Made by a program: the position numbers and the translations under genes. A stretch of DNA of 63,864 bases, filler included, from Octopus bimaculoides (Eukaryota): NCBI RefSeq assembly GCF_001194135.2. It is 5 parts of 4 records of this genome, joined end to end, with 100 filler letters (N's around TTAATTAATTAA, not from the genome) between each part and the next. Parts side by side here need not be neighbours in the genome. Positions count along the whole stretch, not along the records: positions 44,242 to 60,368 come from NC_068992.1; positions 60,469 to 62,486 come from NC_068992.1; 3 more parts are not named here. The stretch is one strand, 5' to 3'. Every line of letters begins with the position of its first letter. The stretch's first letter is position 1. Positions 50,120 through 62,338 of the stretch are shown here, piece after piece. The notes beneath the pieces are model-generated. The model did not search any database and was not told the DNA's origin. It saw only the letters and a list, made by a program, of their open reading frames with translations.

Positions 50120-50400
50120 GAAAACACTATCACGTGACCTTATTAAGGGCTGTGATTGGTCAGTTTGCGTTCTGGCGGGAACGGTTCGAAGAAGTTGCCG
50201 ATTCGAATAATGATCAGTCACGTGATGACAAGGAATGGGTTCTCTACTACGCTCGCATTTATTTATATTTAAATGAGAAGATTGTATGTAATGGCGATAG
50301 TAGTTTGTATCTAATCGCGGGAGGTAGTTTCACTACAAAGTCATCAACAAACATATATTTAAGTAGTCCGAATTAAGACAACGCCAATATAAATGCACCA
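50120..50400. promoter_or_regulatory. Candidate Pol II promoter-like motif cluster
   Basis: TCACGTGA at 50130-50137 and 50218-50225, ATTGG (reverse CCAAT) at 50155-50159, TGGCGGGA (E2F-like) at about 50173, and further CCAAT at about 50385 and 50398. The stretch is locally CpG-rich and not repetitive. Confidence 0.35.
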
Positions 50401-50974
50401 ATTAGAAATTGACGAATATTAGACTTGTTAGTTTAAAGAGAGATTTTCCAACTTCAACTGTCTATTTTAAACAACACTCAATAATTCATGCATTAAAATA
50501 ATTTCTTTAATTATAAAAAAAAAAATAAAAAAATTAGAAAAAGGGAAAACAACAACTCATTAGTGTTGGGGAATTTCCTGTTTCAGATTTTTGTCTTTTG
50601 TATAGAAATATATTTCGTTTGACATTTGAAGTCAATAATCATATTTATTTGCATTTGAAAATAGTAACTACTTCACTTTGAAATTTAAAACAAATGATGT
50701 TGTTTAGTTTCACACTTAACATACATAACCATCAATTTATCATACTTAATATATATATAACGTTGACAGGCCAGTTACTGCAGTTTTTATACAAGAAAAA
50801 AATCTCTTATGGACGTTCATGCTGTTTAAAAATATTATATCAGTGAGACAAAAAATTGTTCCGAGAAGTTTAAACAGCATCCGGTGTTTTCACTAGCCGC
50901 TGCTGGAACGACTTTTCCTTTCCCGTTGACATACATACATACATACATACATAATACATACTTTACGCTACCCA

Positions 50975-52050
50975 ATCCATTTAAATCATCCCTTACACGA
51001 ATTTCTCGCTCGCACTAAACAGCGTAAACTCCACTCACTCCTTCATTCCGTCACACCCAATGTCACCTGCATCTAACGAAGAGGACTGCTTCACCGACCT
51101 GGGCCGCCGACCATCCCACTAGACGCCAGCTCCTGGCCAGTTCCAAGAAGTCGATCATTTTGCGGGCATCTGCCAACGTGTTGTGAACCGGTTTAACTTT
51201 CGCAGATGTCCCCAACATCTGAACATCTCCCCAGCAAAGACATCATAAAACCGGTCGACAAAGGTGGAGCCATGGTGGTGTGGTGCGTAGAGCTCTACAA
51301 GGCTGAAGCTCTCCGCCAACTTCAAGACACCTCCTTCTATTGCCCTCTTCCCTCCAACCCCACGCCTAGCTACTAACAGACAGTGTCCTCCACTACCCAT
51401 GACCTCATCTCCTCCTCCCGTTTCCCTCCCACCGTTTCCAACTTCAATGTCCACACTCCTCGCACCCCGACCATCTACTACCTTCCCAAAATCCACAAGC
51501 CCTACAACCCTGGTCGCCCCATCGTCTCCGCCTGTAACTGCCCCATGAAACTGATCTTGAAATACCTCGACCGTGTCCTTGCCCCCCCCCCCCNNNNNNN
51601 NNNCTCTCCCTTCACACATCCACGACATTAACCATGTTCTTCATTTTTCAACTCTTTCTCCTTCCCTGCTCGCACCTCTAAACTTCTCTTCACTCTTGAT
51701 ATCAAGAGTCTATATACGGTGATCCCACACAACGAAGGACTTCTTGCGCTCAAACACTTCCTAGACCTTCGACCCAACCCTCAGCCTGACACGTCCACAC
51801 TTCTTCGTCTAGCTGAACTTGTTATCTCCCTCAACTGCTTCTCGTTTGCAGGGGAGTTTTACCAACATCTCTCAGGAGTGGCCATGGGAACGAGAATGGA
51901 CCCCAACTATGCAAACCTGTTCGTTAGCTACGTGAGACCCAAATATTTTCAAGATTCACTAGTCTCACTCCCGAACTATACGGTTGTTATATTGATGACT
52001 GTATCGGTGTGACCTCGCTTTCCTGCGAACAACTAGACTGCTTCCTGTTT
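50975..52050 (+). mobile_element. Penelope-like element reverse transcriptase (pseudogenised)
   Basis: Contains DIIKPVDKGGAMVVW, YYLPKIHKPYNPGRPIVSACNCP, DIKSLYTVIPH, GVAMGTRMDPNYANLFV and (C)YIDDCIG, the diagnostic PLE RT motifs. Confidence 0.92.
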
Positions 52051-52193
52051 TCATCCCGCAAAAATAATAGTGCCCCCCTCCTTCGGAATATTCTGGAGCA
52101 CCTTTAAGCATCAAAGTCTGTCGACGAGACTGTCCCTACATCCTTAACAACCTCCGCTATTCACTATTTCCATCCTAACACGACATCAGTACT

Positions 52194-52578
52194 GTTGCTG
52201 TTGGCACTCCGTCGCTTACGACGTCGAGGGTTCCAGTTGATCCGATCAACGGAACAGCCTGCTCGTGAAATTAATGTGCAAGTGGCTGAGCACTCCACAG
52301 ACACGTGTACCCTTAACGTAGTTCTCGGGGATATTCAGCGTGACACAGTGCGACAAGGCTGACTCTTTGAATTACAGGTACAACAGAAACAGGAAGTAAG
52401 AGTGAGAGAAAGTTGTGGTGAAAGAGTACAGCAGGGTTCGCCACCATCCCCTGCCGGAGCCTCGTGGAGCTTTAGGTGTTTTCGCTCAATAAACACTCAA
52501 CGCCCGGTCGGAGAATCGAAACCGCGATCCTATGACCGCGAGTCCGCTGCTCTAACTACTGGGCCATTGCGCCTCCAC
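52194..52578 (-). mobile_element. SINE family A, full length, with a 13-bp TSD
   Basis: TSD cgacatcagtact at 52181-52193 and 52579-52591. Confidence 0.93.
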
Positions 52579-52925
52579 CGACATCAGTACTATATAAATA
52601 CGAAAACGAAACGTAAATGAGTAAAGAGAAATAACTCAGACTGGCAATTGACGTGTCTGAACAATAAAAGATGAACGAGAGTATGTTAATTATATCATAT
52701 AACATACAAAATAGAATATTGATTTGTGGAAATTATCACCGCTTCTAGGAATTGTAAAAGAATCGCTTGGGGATAATTAGGGCTGGCTCCAAAGGAGCAT
52801 GGGAAGTAATCTCAAGAAATGTAGACCTCTAAAATGGACGTATATATCTTTGCATATGGGACTATATACATACACACATACGGGTAGGTGCATTATCTCC
52901 CTTGCATCGAGCTGCGCGGACAAGT

Positions 52926-52958
<33 letters not shown>

Positions 52959-53040
52959 TAAGGGCACAGTAGGACGAGAAGGAAGGGACGTTATATAGTG
53001 TTTAGCATACTAATATTGGCATTGTTATTAATATTAGTAT

Positions 53041-53230
53041 TTAAGGCGGCGAGCAGGCTGAGTAAAATGCTTAGCTGCATTTCGTCCGTTTATACGTTCT
53101 GATTTCAAATTCCGACATCTTTGCTTCTCATCCTTTTCGGGGTCGATAAAATAAGCAGCAATTGAGCCCTGAGGTCGATATAATCGACTCACGCATTCCC
53201 CTAAAATTTTTTGGCCTAGTACCTATAATA
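53041..53230 (+). mobile_element. SINE family C
   Basis: Reads taaggcggcgagc...atgcttagctgcatttcgtccg...cggggtcgataaaataag. Confidence 0.82.
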
Positions 53231-53273
53231 CGAAAGAAAGGAATATTAGTATTGTTTCATTAATAATATCAAT

Positions 53274-54106
53274 AGGTGCAAGAGTGGCTGTGTGGTAAGT
53301 AGCTTGCTTACCAACCACATGGTTCCGGGTTCAGTCCCATTGCGTGGCACCTTGGGCAAGTGTCTTCTACTATAGCCTCGGGCCGACCAAAGCCTTATGA
53401 GTGGATTTGGTAGACGGAAACTGAAAGAAGCCCGTCGTATATATGAGGCCAGGATGATGCAAGCAGGGCTCAAGAGATATTTAAGGAAAAATGTAAAGAC
53501 TGAGAAGGTGAATGACAAGGACCTTTTTGTGTGCACAGTCTGTGACAGACCATGTCTGTCCTTGGCTGGCCTCAAATCTCACCTGCGAACCCATGGAAAA
53601 CAAACCTCATCCAGCTATTCTGATTATATGTCTGTGCACACGTTTGNNNNNNNNNNNNNNNNNNNNNNNNNNNNNNNNNNNNNNNNNNNNNNNNNNNNNN
53701 NNNNNNNNNNNNNNNNNNNNNNNNNNNNNNNNNNNNNNNNNNNNNNNNNNNNNNNNNNNNNNNNNNNNNNNNNNNNNNNNNNNNNNNNNNNNNNNNNNNN
53801 NNNNNNNNNNNNNNNNNNNNNNNNNNNNNNNNNNNNNNNNNNNNNNNNNNNNNNNNNNNNNNNNNNNTATATATATATATATATATGTATGTGTATGTGT
53901 ATGTTTGTGTGTCTGTGATTGTCCCCCTACCATTGCTTGATGCTGGTGTGTTTATGTCCCCGTCACTTAGCGGTTCGGCAAAAGAGACAGATAGAATAAG
54001 TATTGGGCTTACAAAGAATAAGTCCCGGGGTTGATTTGCCCGACTAAAGGCGGTGCTCCAGCATGGCCGCAGTCAAATGACTGAAACAAGTAAAAGAGTA
54101 AAAGAG
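53274..54106 (+). mobile_element. SINE family B interrupted in its central TA tract by a LINE fragment
   Basis: The 5' half spans 53274-53442 and the 3' half spans about 53868-54106. Both are close to the 46939 copy. Confidence 0.88.
53443..53646 (+). mobile_element. RTE-like LINE C-terminal C2H2 zinc-finger fragment
   Basis: FVCTVCDRPCLSLAGLKSHLRTH (53526-53594) is a single terminal finger preceded by a basic KR..RK stretch, as at RTE ORF C-termini. Confidence 0.65.
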
Positions 54107-54223
54107 TATTACTAAAATATTAATAAAATAGACGTTACTAATGATTAGTATTAGTACTAAGATAGACAAACTATTACTTAGTGCTTGCCTTTACATGAAC
54201 AGGCTGGTACTTGATATTGTTAG

Positions 54224-54676
54224 CAATATGGATAAGCCGGCGAGCTGCTAGAATCGTTAGCACACTGGGCAAAATGCTTAGCGGCATTTCGTCCGTCATC
54301 ACGCTCTGAGTTCAAATTCCGGCGCGGTCGACTTTCCCTTTCATCATTTCGAGATCAATAAAAGAAGTAGCAGTTAGACAGTGGGGTCAATACAATCGAC
54401 TTAACCACTCCCTCAAAATTGCTAGCCTTATGTCAAATTTCGAAACCAATGTGGATAAGGCAACGAGCTGCTAGAATCGTTAGCACGGCGGGCAAAATGT
54501 TAAGCGGCATTTCGTCTGTGTTTATGTCCTGAGTTCAAATTCCACCGTGGTCGACTTTGCCTTTCATCTTCTCGAGGTCAATAAAATAAATACCAGTTGA
54601 ACACTGGGTCGAGACAATTGATTTATTCTCGTCCCCAAACTTGCTGGCCTCGTACCAAATTTAAAACTATTATAAG
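54224..54676 (+). mobile_element. Two tandem SINE family C copies (unit of about 223 bp)
   Basis: Both begin caat(a/g)tggataag..cgagctgctagaatcgttagcac. Confidence 0.85.
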
Positions 54677-54693
54677 TAATATGGAGAGAATAT

Positions 54694-55881
54694 TATTAGG
54701 TCGTCCCATGAATAATGCGGTTTTTTTCAATTGCATTAACTAAAAGTCGGAGGGGGATGGGATAAACTATTGCATCAACTTGATGTAAAAGCAGGTAATA
54801 ATTTTACCTTGTCTATATTCTTAGTGCAAGTTTTAAAGAGTGCAGTTCAATTTTAACAGTTATTTTTTCAGAGCTATAATGGAAATGACAAAGCAGCATA
54901 TTCGGCATATTTTGTTTTATGAGTTCAATAAAAGCAACAACGCAACGGAAAATGCGGGGAATATTAATGCAGTATATGGGGATCGGGCAATAAGCGTAAG
55001 CCAGTGTCAACGGTGGTTCCAGATACTCCGAGCCGGAAACTACAGCCTAGAAGACGAGCCTAGTCCTGGAAGATCTATAGAGCTCGACGGTGAAGTCCTG
55101 CAAACCCTGGTGGAACAAAATCCCATCGTAACTGTTGAGAAACTAGCAGAGAAGCTTGGATTTAGTCTGTGCTCTTCTTTGCTGCCACGTCTCACGAATG
55201 AACCTTTTTGGGACCGAATAGTGACTGGTGACGAAAAATGGGTTCTCTAAAAAAATATCAAGCGCCGAAGACAGTGGTTAGTGAAAGGAGAAACACCGGC
55301 ACCCCAGTCTAAAGAAGGTCTTCACCCACGTAAGGTGTTGTTATCTGTTTGGTGGGATATGAAAGGTTTAGTCCACTTTGAACTTTTAAACCCAAACCAA
55401 ACGATAACAAAGGAGATCCACTGCGAGCAGCCTGAGCGGCTAAAGTCAGCGCCAGAAGGAAAACGACCATCTTTGGTTTCAAGACAAAAGCTGTTCTTCC
55501 ATCAGAATAATGCTCGGCCACATACAGCGAGGATGACATTCCGAAGGCTGGATCAGTTTGGATGGGAAACGATGCCCATTCACCATATTCACCGGTCATT
55601 GATCCATCTGATTATCATTTATTCCACAGACTTCAAAACTATTCGGATGGAAAAATATAAATTCTGTAGGCGAGGTCAGAGTAATACGGGGGGAGTATTT
55701 TACGTCACGGACAAATGAATTTTGGAAGAGGGTCCTTGCAAGTCTACCAGATGGATGGAAGAGCGTTGTAGAAAATGAAGGAGAGTATATTTTAGATTTA
55801 AAAATGAACTTTGTTTGCCTTAATTTTAGAAATAAAGAAGTATAAAAAAAGAAACTGCATTATTTATGGGATGACCCAATA
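54694..55881 (+). mobile_element. Mariner (DD34D-type) with TIRs and an internal deletion
   Basis: TIRs tattaggtcgtcccatgaataatgc / gcattatttatgggatgacccaata. The transposase reads HIRHILFYEFNK..., VTGDEKWV, LHPRKVLLSVWWD and HQNNARPH, and it lacks the WVPHEL linker region. Confidence 0.92.
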
Positions 55882-56091
55882 TTTAGTATTTGTATCCTGA
55901 TGGTCAGTACTATTATTCTAGGTTTGTATATCAATTATCTCGTTCTGTGTAGGTCGATTGTTAGAAAGAGTGAAAGAGGTAGCGTGGAAGCGATAATGTG
56001 TTACGGTAATGAAAGAGAAACTGAAGTAGAAGGTGGGGGGAGGATGTGAAGAAGGAAGGAGTACTAGTAGTAGTAGTAGTAGTAGTAGTAG

Positions 56092-56318
56092 CAAGCTAGC
56101 AGAAACGTTTGCACGCCGGGCGAAAAGCTTAGCGGTATTTCGTCTGTCTTTACGTTCTGAGTTCAAATTCCGCCGAGGTCGACTTTGCCTTTCATCCTTT
56201 CGGGGTCGTCAAATTAAGTACCAGTTATGCACTTGGGTCGATATAATCGATTTAACCTCTTTGTCTGTCCTTGTTTGTCCCCTCTATGTTTAGCCCCTTG
56301 TGGGCAATAAAGAAATAA
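56092..56318 (+). mobile_element. SINE family C with an alternative 3' end
   Basis: Reads gagttcaaattccgccgaggtcgactttgcc...gtttagccccttgtgggcaataaagaaataag, between (TAG)n arrays. Confidence 0.88.
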
Positions 56319-57442
56319 GTAGTAGTAGTAGTAGTAGTAATAGAAGAAGAAGAAGAAGAAGAAGAAGAAGAAGAAGAAGNNNNNNNNNNNNNNNNNNNNN
56401 NNNNNNNNNNNNNNNNNNNNNNNNNNNNNNNNNNNNNNNNNNNNNNNNNNNNNNNNNNNNNNNNNNNNNNNNNNNNNNNNNNNNNNNNNNNNNNNNNNNN
56501 NNNNNNNNNNNNNNNNNNNNNNNNNNNNNNNNNNNNNNNNNNNNNNNNNNNNNNNNNNNNNNNNNNNNNNNNNNNNNNNNNNNNNNNNNNNNNNNNNNNN
56601 NNNNNNNNNNNNNNNNNNNNNNNNNNNNNNNNNNNNNNNNNNNNNNNNNNNNNNNNNNNNNNNNNNNNNNNNNNNNNNNNNNNNNNNNNNNNNNNNNNNN
56701 NNNNNNNNNNNNNNNNNNNNNNNNNNNNNNNNNNNNNNNNNNNNNNNNNNNNNNNNNNNNNNNNNNNNNNNNNNNNNNNNNNNNNNNNNNNNNNNNNNNN
56801 NNNNNNNNNNNNNNNNNNNNNNNNNNNNNNNNNNNNNNNNNNNNNNNNGAAGGAGGAGGAGGAGGAGGAGGAGGAGGAGGATAAGAAGAAGAAGAATGGA
56901 GTCAACTGTTAATGCAGTGTCTTAAATGTAGATTTGAAAGGACGTTGAACCGATGGTGGTGTTGTAATATAGCAGGAGAGTAAAGTTTGTAGAGGTCCTT
57001 TAACATGGTTACTATCTTGACAGCTGACATTTAAGACAGGACAAACGTTGACAGAACAAAACCTATGAACAAAAACACCAACACACACACACACACACAC
57101 AAATAGTCATACATACGTGTGCATGCACACACATATGCACACGCAAATACATACAAACACGACTTGTAAATATGTATGTGCATATATATGTATGTGTATA
57201 TATATATATATTGTATAAATGTATATACACATGTCTATACACACGCACACACAAACACACACACACATATATACATATATATGTATATATATATGCATAT
57301 ATATATATNNNNNNNNNNATGTATGTATGTATGTATGTATGTATGTATGTTTGTATGTATGTAGATAAAACTTACTTGGAAGAGGATGCATGGCGTTCGA
57401 TCATATAATAATATAAATAATATATAGATATANNNNNNNNNN

Positions 57443-57474
<32 letters not shown>

Positions 57475-57829
57475 CATATCTCTATTGTATACACGTACAC
57501 ATACACATACATACACGTACACACACACACACACACCACTACACCACACCATGTAATGAAAGTTAATCATATCACTGACAAAGAATTAAAAATGAAAGCA
57601 AGAAAGAAAAATAGAAGAAAGAAAGAGACAAAAGAAAAGAATAGAAAGAGAAAGAGAGAAAGGAAGAACGAATGAATGAATGAAAAAATCCCACAGACAG
57701 AAAATAACGAAGTTTAATTAACGCTTGATTGTTTCAATTAATATTTGTTGCGGATGTTAATAGTTTTGCTTTCGTCTCTGTAAAATCATGTAACTCTTAA
57801 CCCCCCCACCCACCGAACATCTTATACAT

Positions 57830-57857
57830 TCTTTTTCTGTCTGTCTATCTGTCTGAC

Positions 57858-57908
<51 letters not shown>

Positions 57909-57932
57909 ATATATGCATACATACATACATAC

Positions 57933-57963
<31 letters not shown>

Positions 57964-58111
57964 TGTATGTATGTATGTTTGTATGTATGTAGATANNNNN
58001 NNNNNNNNNNNNNNNNNNNNNNNNNNNNNNNNNNNNNNNNNNNNNNNNNNGATCATATAATAATATAAATAATATATAGATATATGCATATATCCGTATG
58101 TATGTATGTCC

Positions 58112-58163
<52 letters not shown>

Positions 58164-58221
58164 CTAGCTATCTATCCGATCATCCATCGATCAATCGATC
58201 CATCCATCCATCTGTTCATCG

Positions 58222-58278
<57 letters not shown>

Positions 58279-58280
58279 CC
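57830..58280. repeat. Compound tetranucleotide arrays (CTGT, ATAC/TATG, TATC)
   Basis: Direct inspection. Confidence 0.95.
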
Positions 58281-59906
58281 TATCGTCATAGGACGTCATA
58301 AGACTTGAAAAACTTTCGAGAATACTTGAAATGATAATGTTTTTGGAACGGTGAATCAGGAAGCAAATAATGTTATGAATAATGACGTGTAAATTTGGGG
58401 TCCAGCAATATTTAGAGGATATGTGTCACGAGTGCCACCAAGAGCTTTCCATTTTTCTCTCTCCAGAAGTGCTTTTTTCTTTTTTTTAATCCAATATTTA
58501 CAATTTTATGTGCTTTGAGATTCACTGTTTTTCCCACAAAAAGAGAATTATACAAACATGCACACATACGTACATACATTCATACACACACTCACACATG
58601 CACATATATAGTTGTATATATATCCTGGTCTGCTCGTGTGACTGTCTGACGGTCTGCCTCTGTCTAACTGTCTGTCTGTCTGTCTAACCTCCTCCCTGTC
58701 AGAATGTTGACAATATTTATTAACAAGTGCAAGTTATTATTGTTGCTAGACTTTACAGGTGTCATTTTTCTTTACATATTTTTGTTTGTTTGTCATCCAA
58801 GTCATATCACTATAAAAAATGCAATGCCGTCAAGGAGAGAATTTTCATGAAAGCGTGTAGAGTAAGAAAGATTATTTCGAATAGTTTAATTAAAATAGCA
58901 AGTTTAAAAAACCACGCGAAGAGTTATAGTAAAAAACAGAAAATGTTAGTATCTTCGTTGGTTACCTGGATGATAGGTGTGGAAGGCGTTAGTAAAAGTG
59001 TTAGTAGAGGACGTTGAATGTAGAAGGGGTAGGAGATAGACAGAGATAGAGAGATAGATAAAGAGTGGAAGACAGGGTAAGAGAGGGAGAGAGAGAGAGA
59101 TAGTATAAGGGGAAAGCAGCATAATTGCAGGTATAAAGATGCATTTGGTTAATGAGATTGTAAGGTATGTGCCAGCTGGAGTAACAATACCAACTTCATT
59201 GTCACCCCCAACACCGTAAGTTAATTATTTTTGTGTTATATTATTTATTTATTTAATTAGTTTTCTTTGTAACTTTGTAACTTTCCTTACAAAGAAAATT
59301 GTCGAATGTCCACTTAGTCAATAAACAGACTGGAATTTCATTTATTTTTACCTTTACATTCATACATGGTGGAAGTTAATTCGTGACCAAGTAAGACCAC
59401 TTCCTAAACTCAGTAAAGTCGGTGCAAATGTTCCGAGAGTCCAAGAAGTTTCTGTGCGTGAATTTGTTTTGAGTGGATAATGTGTTGCACATCTCTGAAC
59501 CCACTTATCGTTGCAATCAACTATAAAACCAGTGATGCAACAGGCGTTGAGACGACCACAAAAGGCAGTTTAGATTGTTTTGTTTTTTTGTATGAATTTA
59601 CTTTTTAGAAGAAAATTCTAGTGAGAACTAAGGGATCTTTCACTACAAAGGCGTGGTTTACATGTTAATTAAATTCACTGTGGGGACCTTAACAGGTGTT
59701 ACTACTCAGATTCAGAGTTTTCTAAGTTTTGTAAGTACATACATACAACTATACACTCAGGCATATATGTGTTTGTATACATACCTCTGTATATGTATAT
59801 ATGTATGTATGTATGTTTTCAAATAAAGGTATTTTATGTATTGTTGTCAAAAAGATACCTGTCGATGATTACGGTCATAGTTTGAAATTATCTATCGCAC
59901 GCAGAC

Positions 59907-59965
<59 letters not shown>

Positions 59966-60006
59966 CGATCATCCATCGATCAATCGATCGATCCATCCAT
60001 CTGTTC

Positions 60007-60051
<45 letters not shown>

Positions 60052-60241
60052 CCTACCTACATGTCCTCTATCTGTTTGCCTAACCAGAAAGATAGACAGA
60101 CAAGTAGAGAAAGGGAGACAAAGAGAGAGAGAGAGAAAAAGAGAGAAGGAGAGAAAGAGAGAGAAAGAGAAAAAGAAAGAGAGATAATTAGACAGATAGA
60201 TAAATATATGCATATGCGTATGTCAGTATCTATGTAATGCA

Positions 60242-60286
<45 letters not shown>

Positions 60287-60468
60287 ATGTAATGTATGTA
60301 CTCTTTGAAGTATTATGCACACACACACACACGCACACACACACTATATATATATATATATATATATANNNNNNNNNNNNNNNNNNNNNNNNNNNNNNNN
60401 NNNNNNNNNNNNTTAATTAATTAANNNNNNNNNNNNNNNNNNNNNNNNNNNNNNNNNNNNNNNNNNNN

Positions 60469-60628
60469 TATGGTTTCTTAAACATTCACTTGAACAAAAC
60501 TGTACAAATCCAAATATATGGTACCCTAGGCATAACACTTACATGAACTTCTAACTTGTTGTCTCTTGAGGTCTCTGGGTGAGACTTGGATCCAACTTGT
60601 ACAAATGCAAAACAAAAGTCAAACATAA

Positions 60629-60629
<1 letters not shown>
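60469..60629 (+). mobile_element. Probable R4/Dong LINE 3'UTR followed by (TAA)n
   Basis: Non-coding sequence containing gaggtctctgggtgagacttgg ends flush with a (TAA)n array, the same junction type as 11267 and 12677. The 5' end is lost in a gap. Confidence 0.55.
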
Positions 60630-60709
<80 letters not shown>

Positions 60710-62238
60710 GCAATATAAAATATATAATTGTTTAATTTGATAATGTGAAATATCATTTGTTAAAAAAAAAAGATACAAGTTTAAAAGAATAATATATTTA
60801 ACTGATTAAGAAATGAAATGATTGTGAACAGCACCACCGTTGTCAGGCTAGAAAACCTTCCGTTTGAATTGCTAACAGAATCTGAAAAATAAGAAAAAAA
60901 TTAATTAATTAATTAAAATTATATTTATATTAATAATCACAACTTGTGACATAAGCACAACGTTATATATTGGTCATTTAGATTGAAACCCTCCACCACC
61001 ACCACCACCACCACCAGTACGTGGCTAGGGTTTTAGCTTATCGATCCTGTAAGGGTGAAAAACTAAATTGATGTTGGTGCTATTTGAATTCAGAATAAAA
61101 AATCTGACATACAAACGATTCCTGAAATCGAATGTATTATCGAGCTATAAATATTCTTTACACTAAAAGAAGGTGTTGGATAAGATGTGAAAAGAATTAG
61201 GAAAAGGGATAAAAGCTAAATATGATCTCATTTGCAACATACGCTTTACAGATGCTCTGGGAGCCATCGTCAGCGATGTTTCTAGGGTCTTGCGTGGTTT
61301 CGGGTCGTTCAACATCTGACCTTCTTATGCAGTTGTCCCAGCCGGTGTTGATCATGTCGACATCCAGTTAGGTCAAGTGTGTGAAGAAAAAATTGTTGGG
61401 GTATATATAAAGATTATTCGAAAGTGGGTGAGAAACAAAATCTAACCTCCGAATATTATTTCTGATCGTATACTCTTTTAGATACTCAGCAACACTTTGT
61501 TTCAAGTTTAAATATGCGTGAACTATATTTCTTTCTCCAACAGAAATAAAGAGCAACAAGTCAAAATAATAGTTGCTGCCATCAAAGAAACATACAACTG
61601 TGGTATTGCTAATATGGGCACAAGACCACAAATTTGGGAGAAGGGAAAATAGTATAGGGGATTATATGGACTGGTTGACTAGTACTCTGTTTAATAGAGC
61701 CCAGATGGATGAAAAAATTAAATTTACTCGTTATGAGATTCGAGAAACCAATAAAATATTAGTTTCATAAAGTAGCATTTTCCTTTTTATTTATTTATTC
61801 ATTTATTCGTTTTTGGTGGAACTATACCAGTTGTTCTGAACCATTTTTTACCTGTTAATACTCTTGGTTCCTATTTTATTCGGATGGACCCACATAGACA
61901 TACGATGCTTCAAAAATTATGTTTTTATATCTAAATGTTATTGGAAATTGTATAAAAATTGTTAAAATATTTTGTGCCTTGTAGAAATAAAAGCAATCTA
62001 TTGCTCCCAAATTTTAACAACAAAATCTTCTATGGAACTCCAAAGGTCATATAGACCCCTAAAGGTCATTTGTATCCCTGCTGAGGACTACTGATCTATA
62101 CAGTCGATTTCTGCACCAAGACTTCATTAGTAATTATTTTTATCGTCCTCATAACGATAAAAATCTAAGTTGAACTTACCTGGATTTGCTTTCCGAACAT
62201 TATGCAGCATAATTTAATATCGCGAGGTATATTATTCG

Positions 62239-62338
62239 AGATTGAAGTATATTTTTGTTTCTACGTTAGAAATGTATGACATATTTATATTTGAAGATGG
62301 TGAGTTGCTAATGTAGAAACAAAAATATACTTCAATCT
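62239..62338. other. Hairpin with a 31-bp stem (1 mismatch) and a 38-nt loop
   Basis: agattgaagtatatttttgtttctacgttag (62239-62269) pairs with ctaatgtagaaacaaaaatatacttcaatct (62308-62338). Confidence 0.9.

Noticed and set aside
53526-53594. Member of the host C2H2 zinc-finger gene expansion
   Set aside because: It is a single finger without TGEKP linkers, nested in a SINE, and it matches the RTE C-terminal pattern better.
58802-58861. Candidate 60-nt exon SYHYKKCNAVKERIFMKACR (..ccaag / gtaaga)
   Set aside because: Splice-like signals are common by chance in AT-rich DNA, and the peptide is not recognisable.
61544-61770. Candidate exon NKEQQVKIIVAAIKETYNCGIANMGTRPQIWEKGK
   Set aside because: The acceptor is good, but there is no clear donor or known homology.
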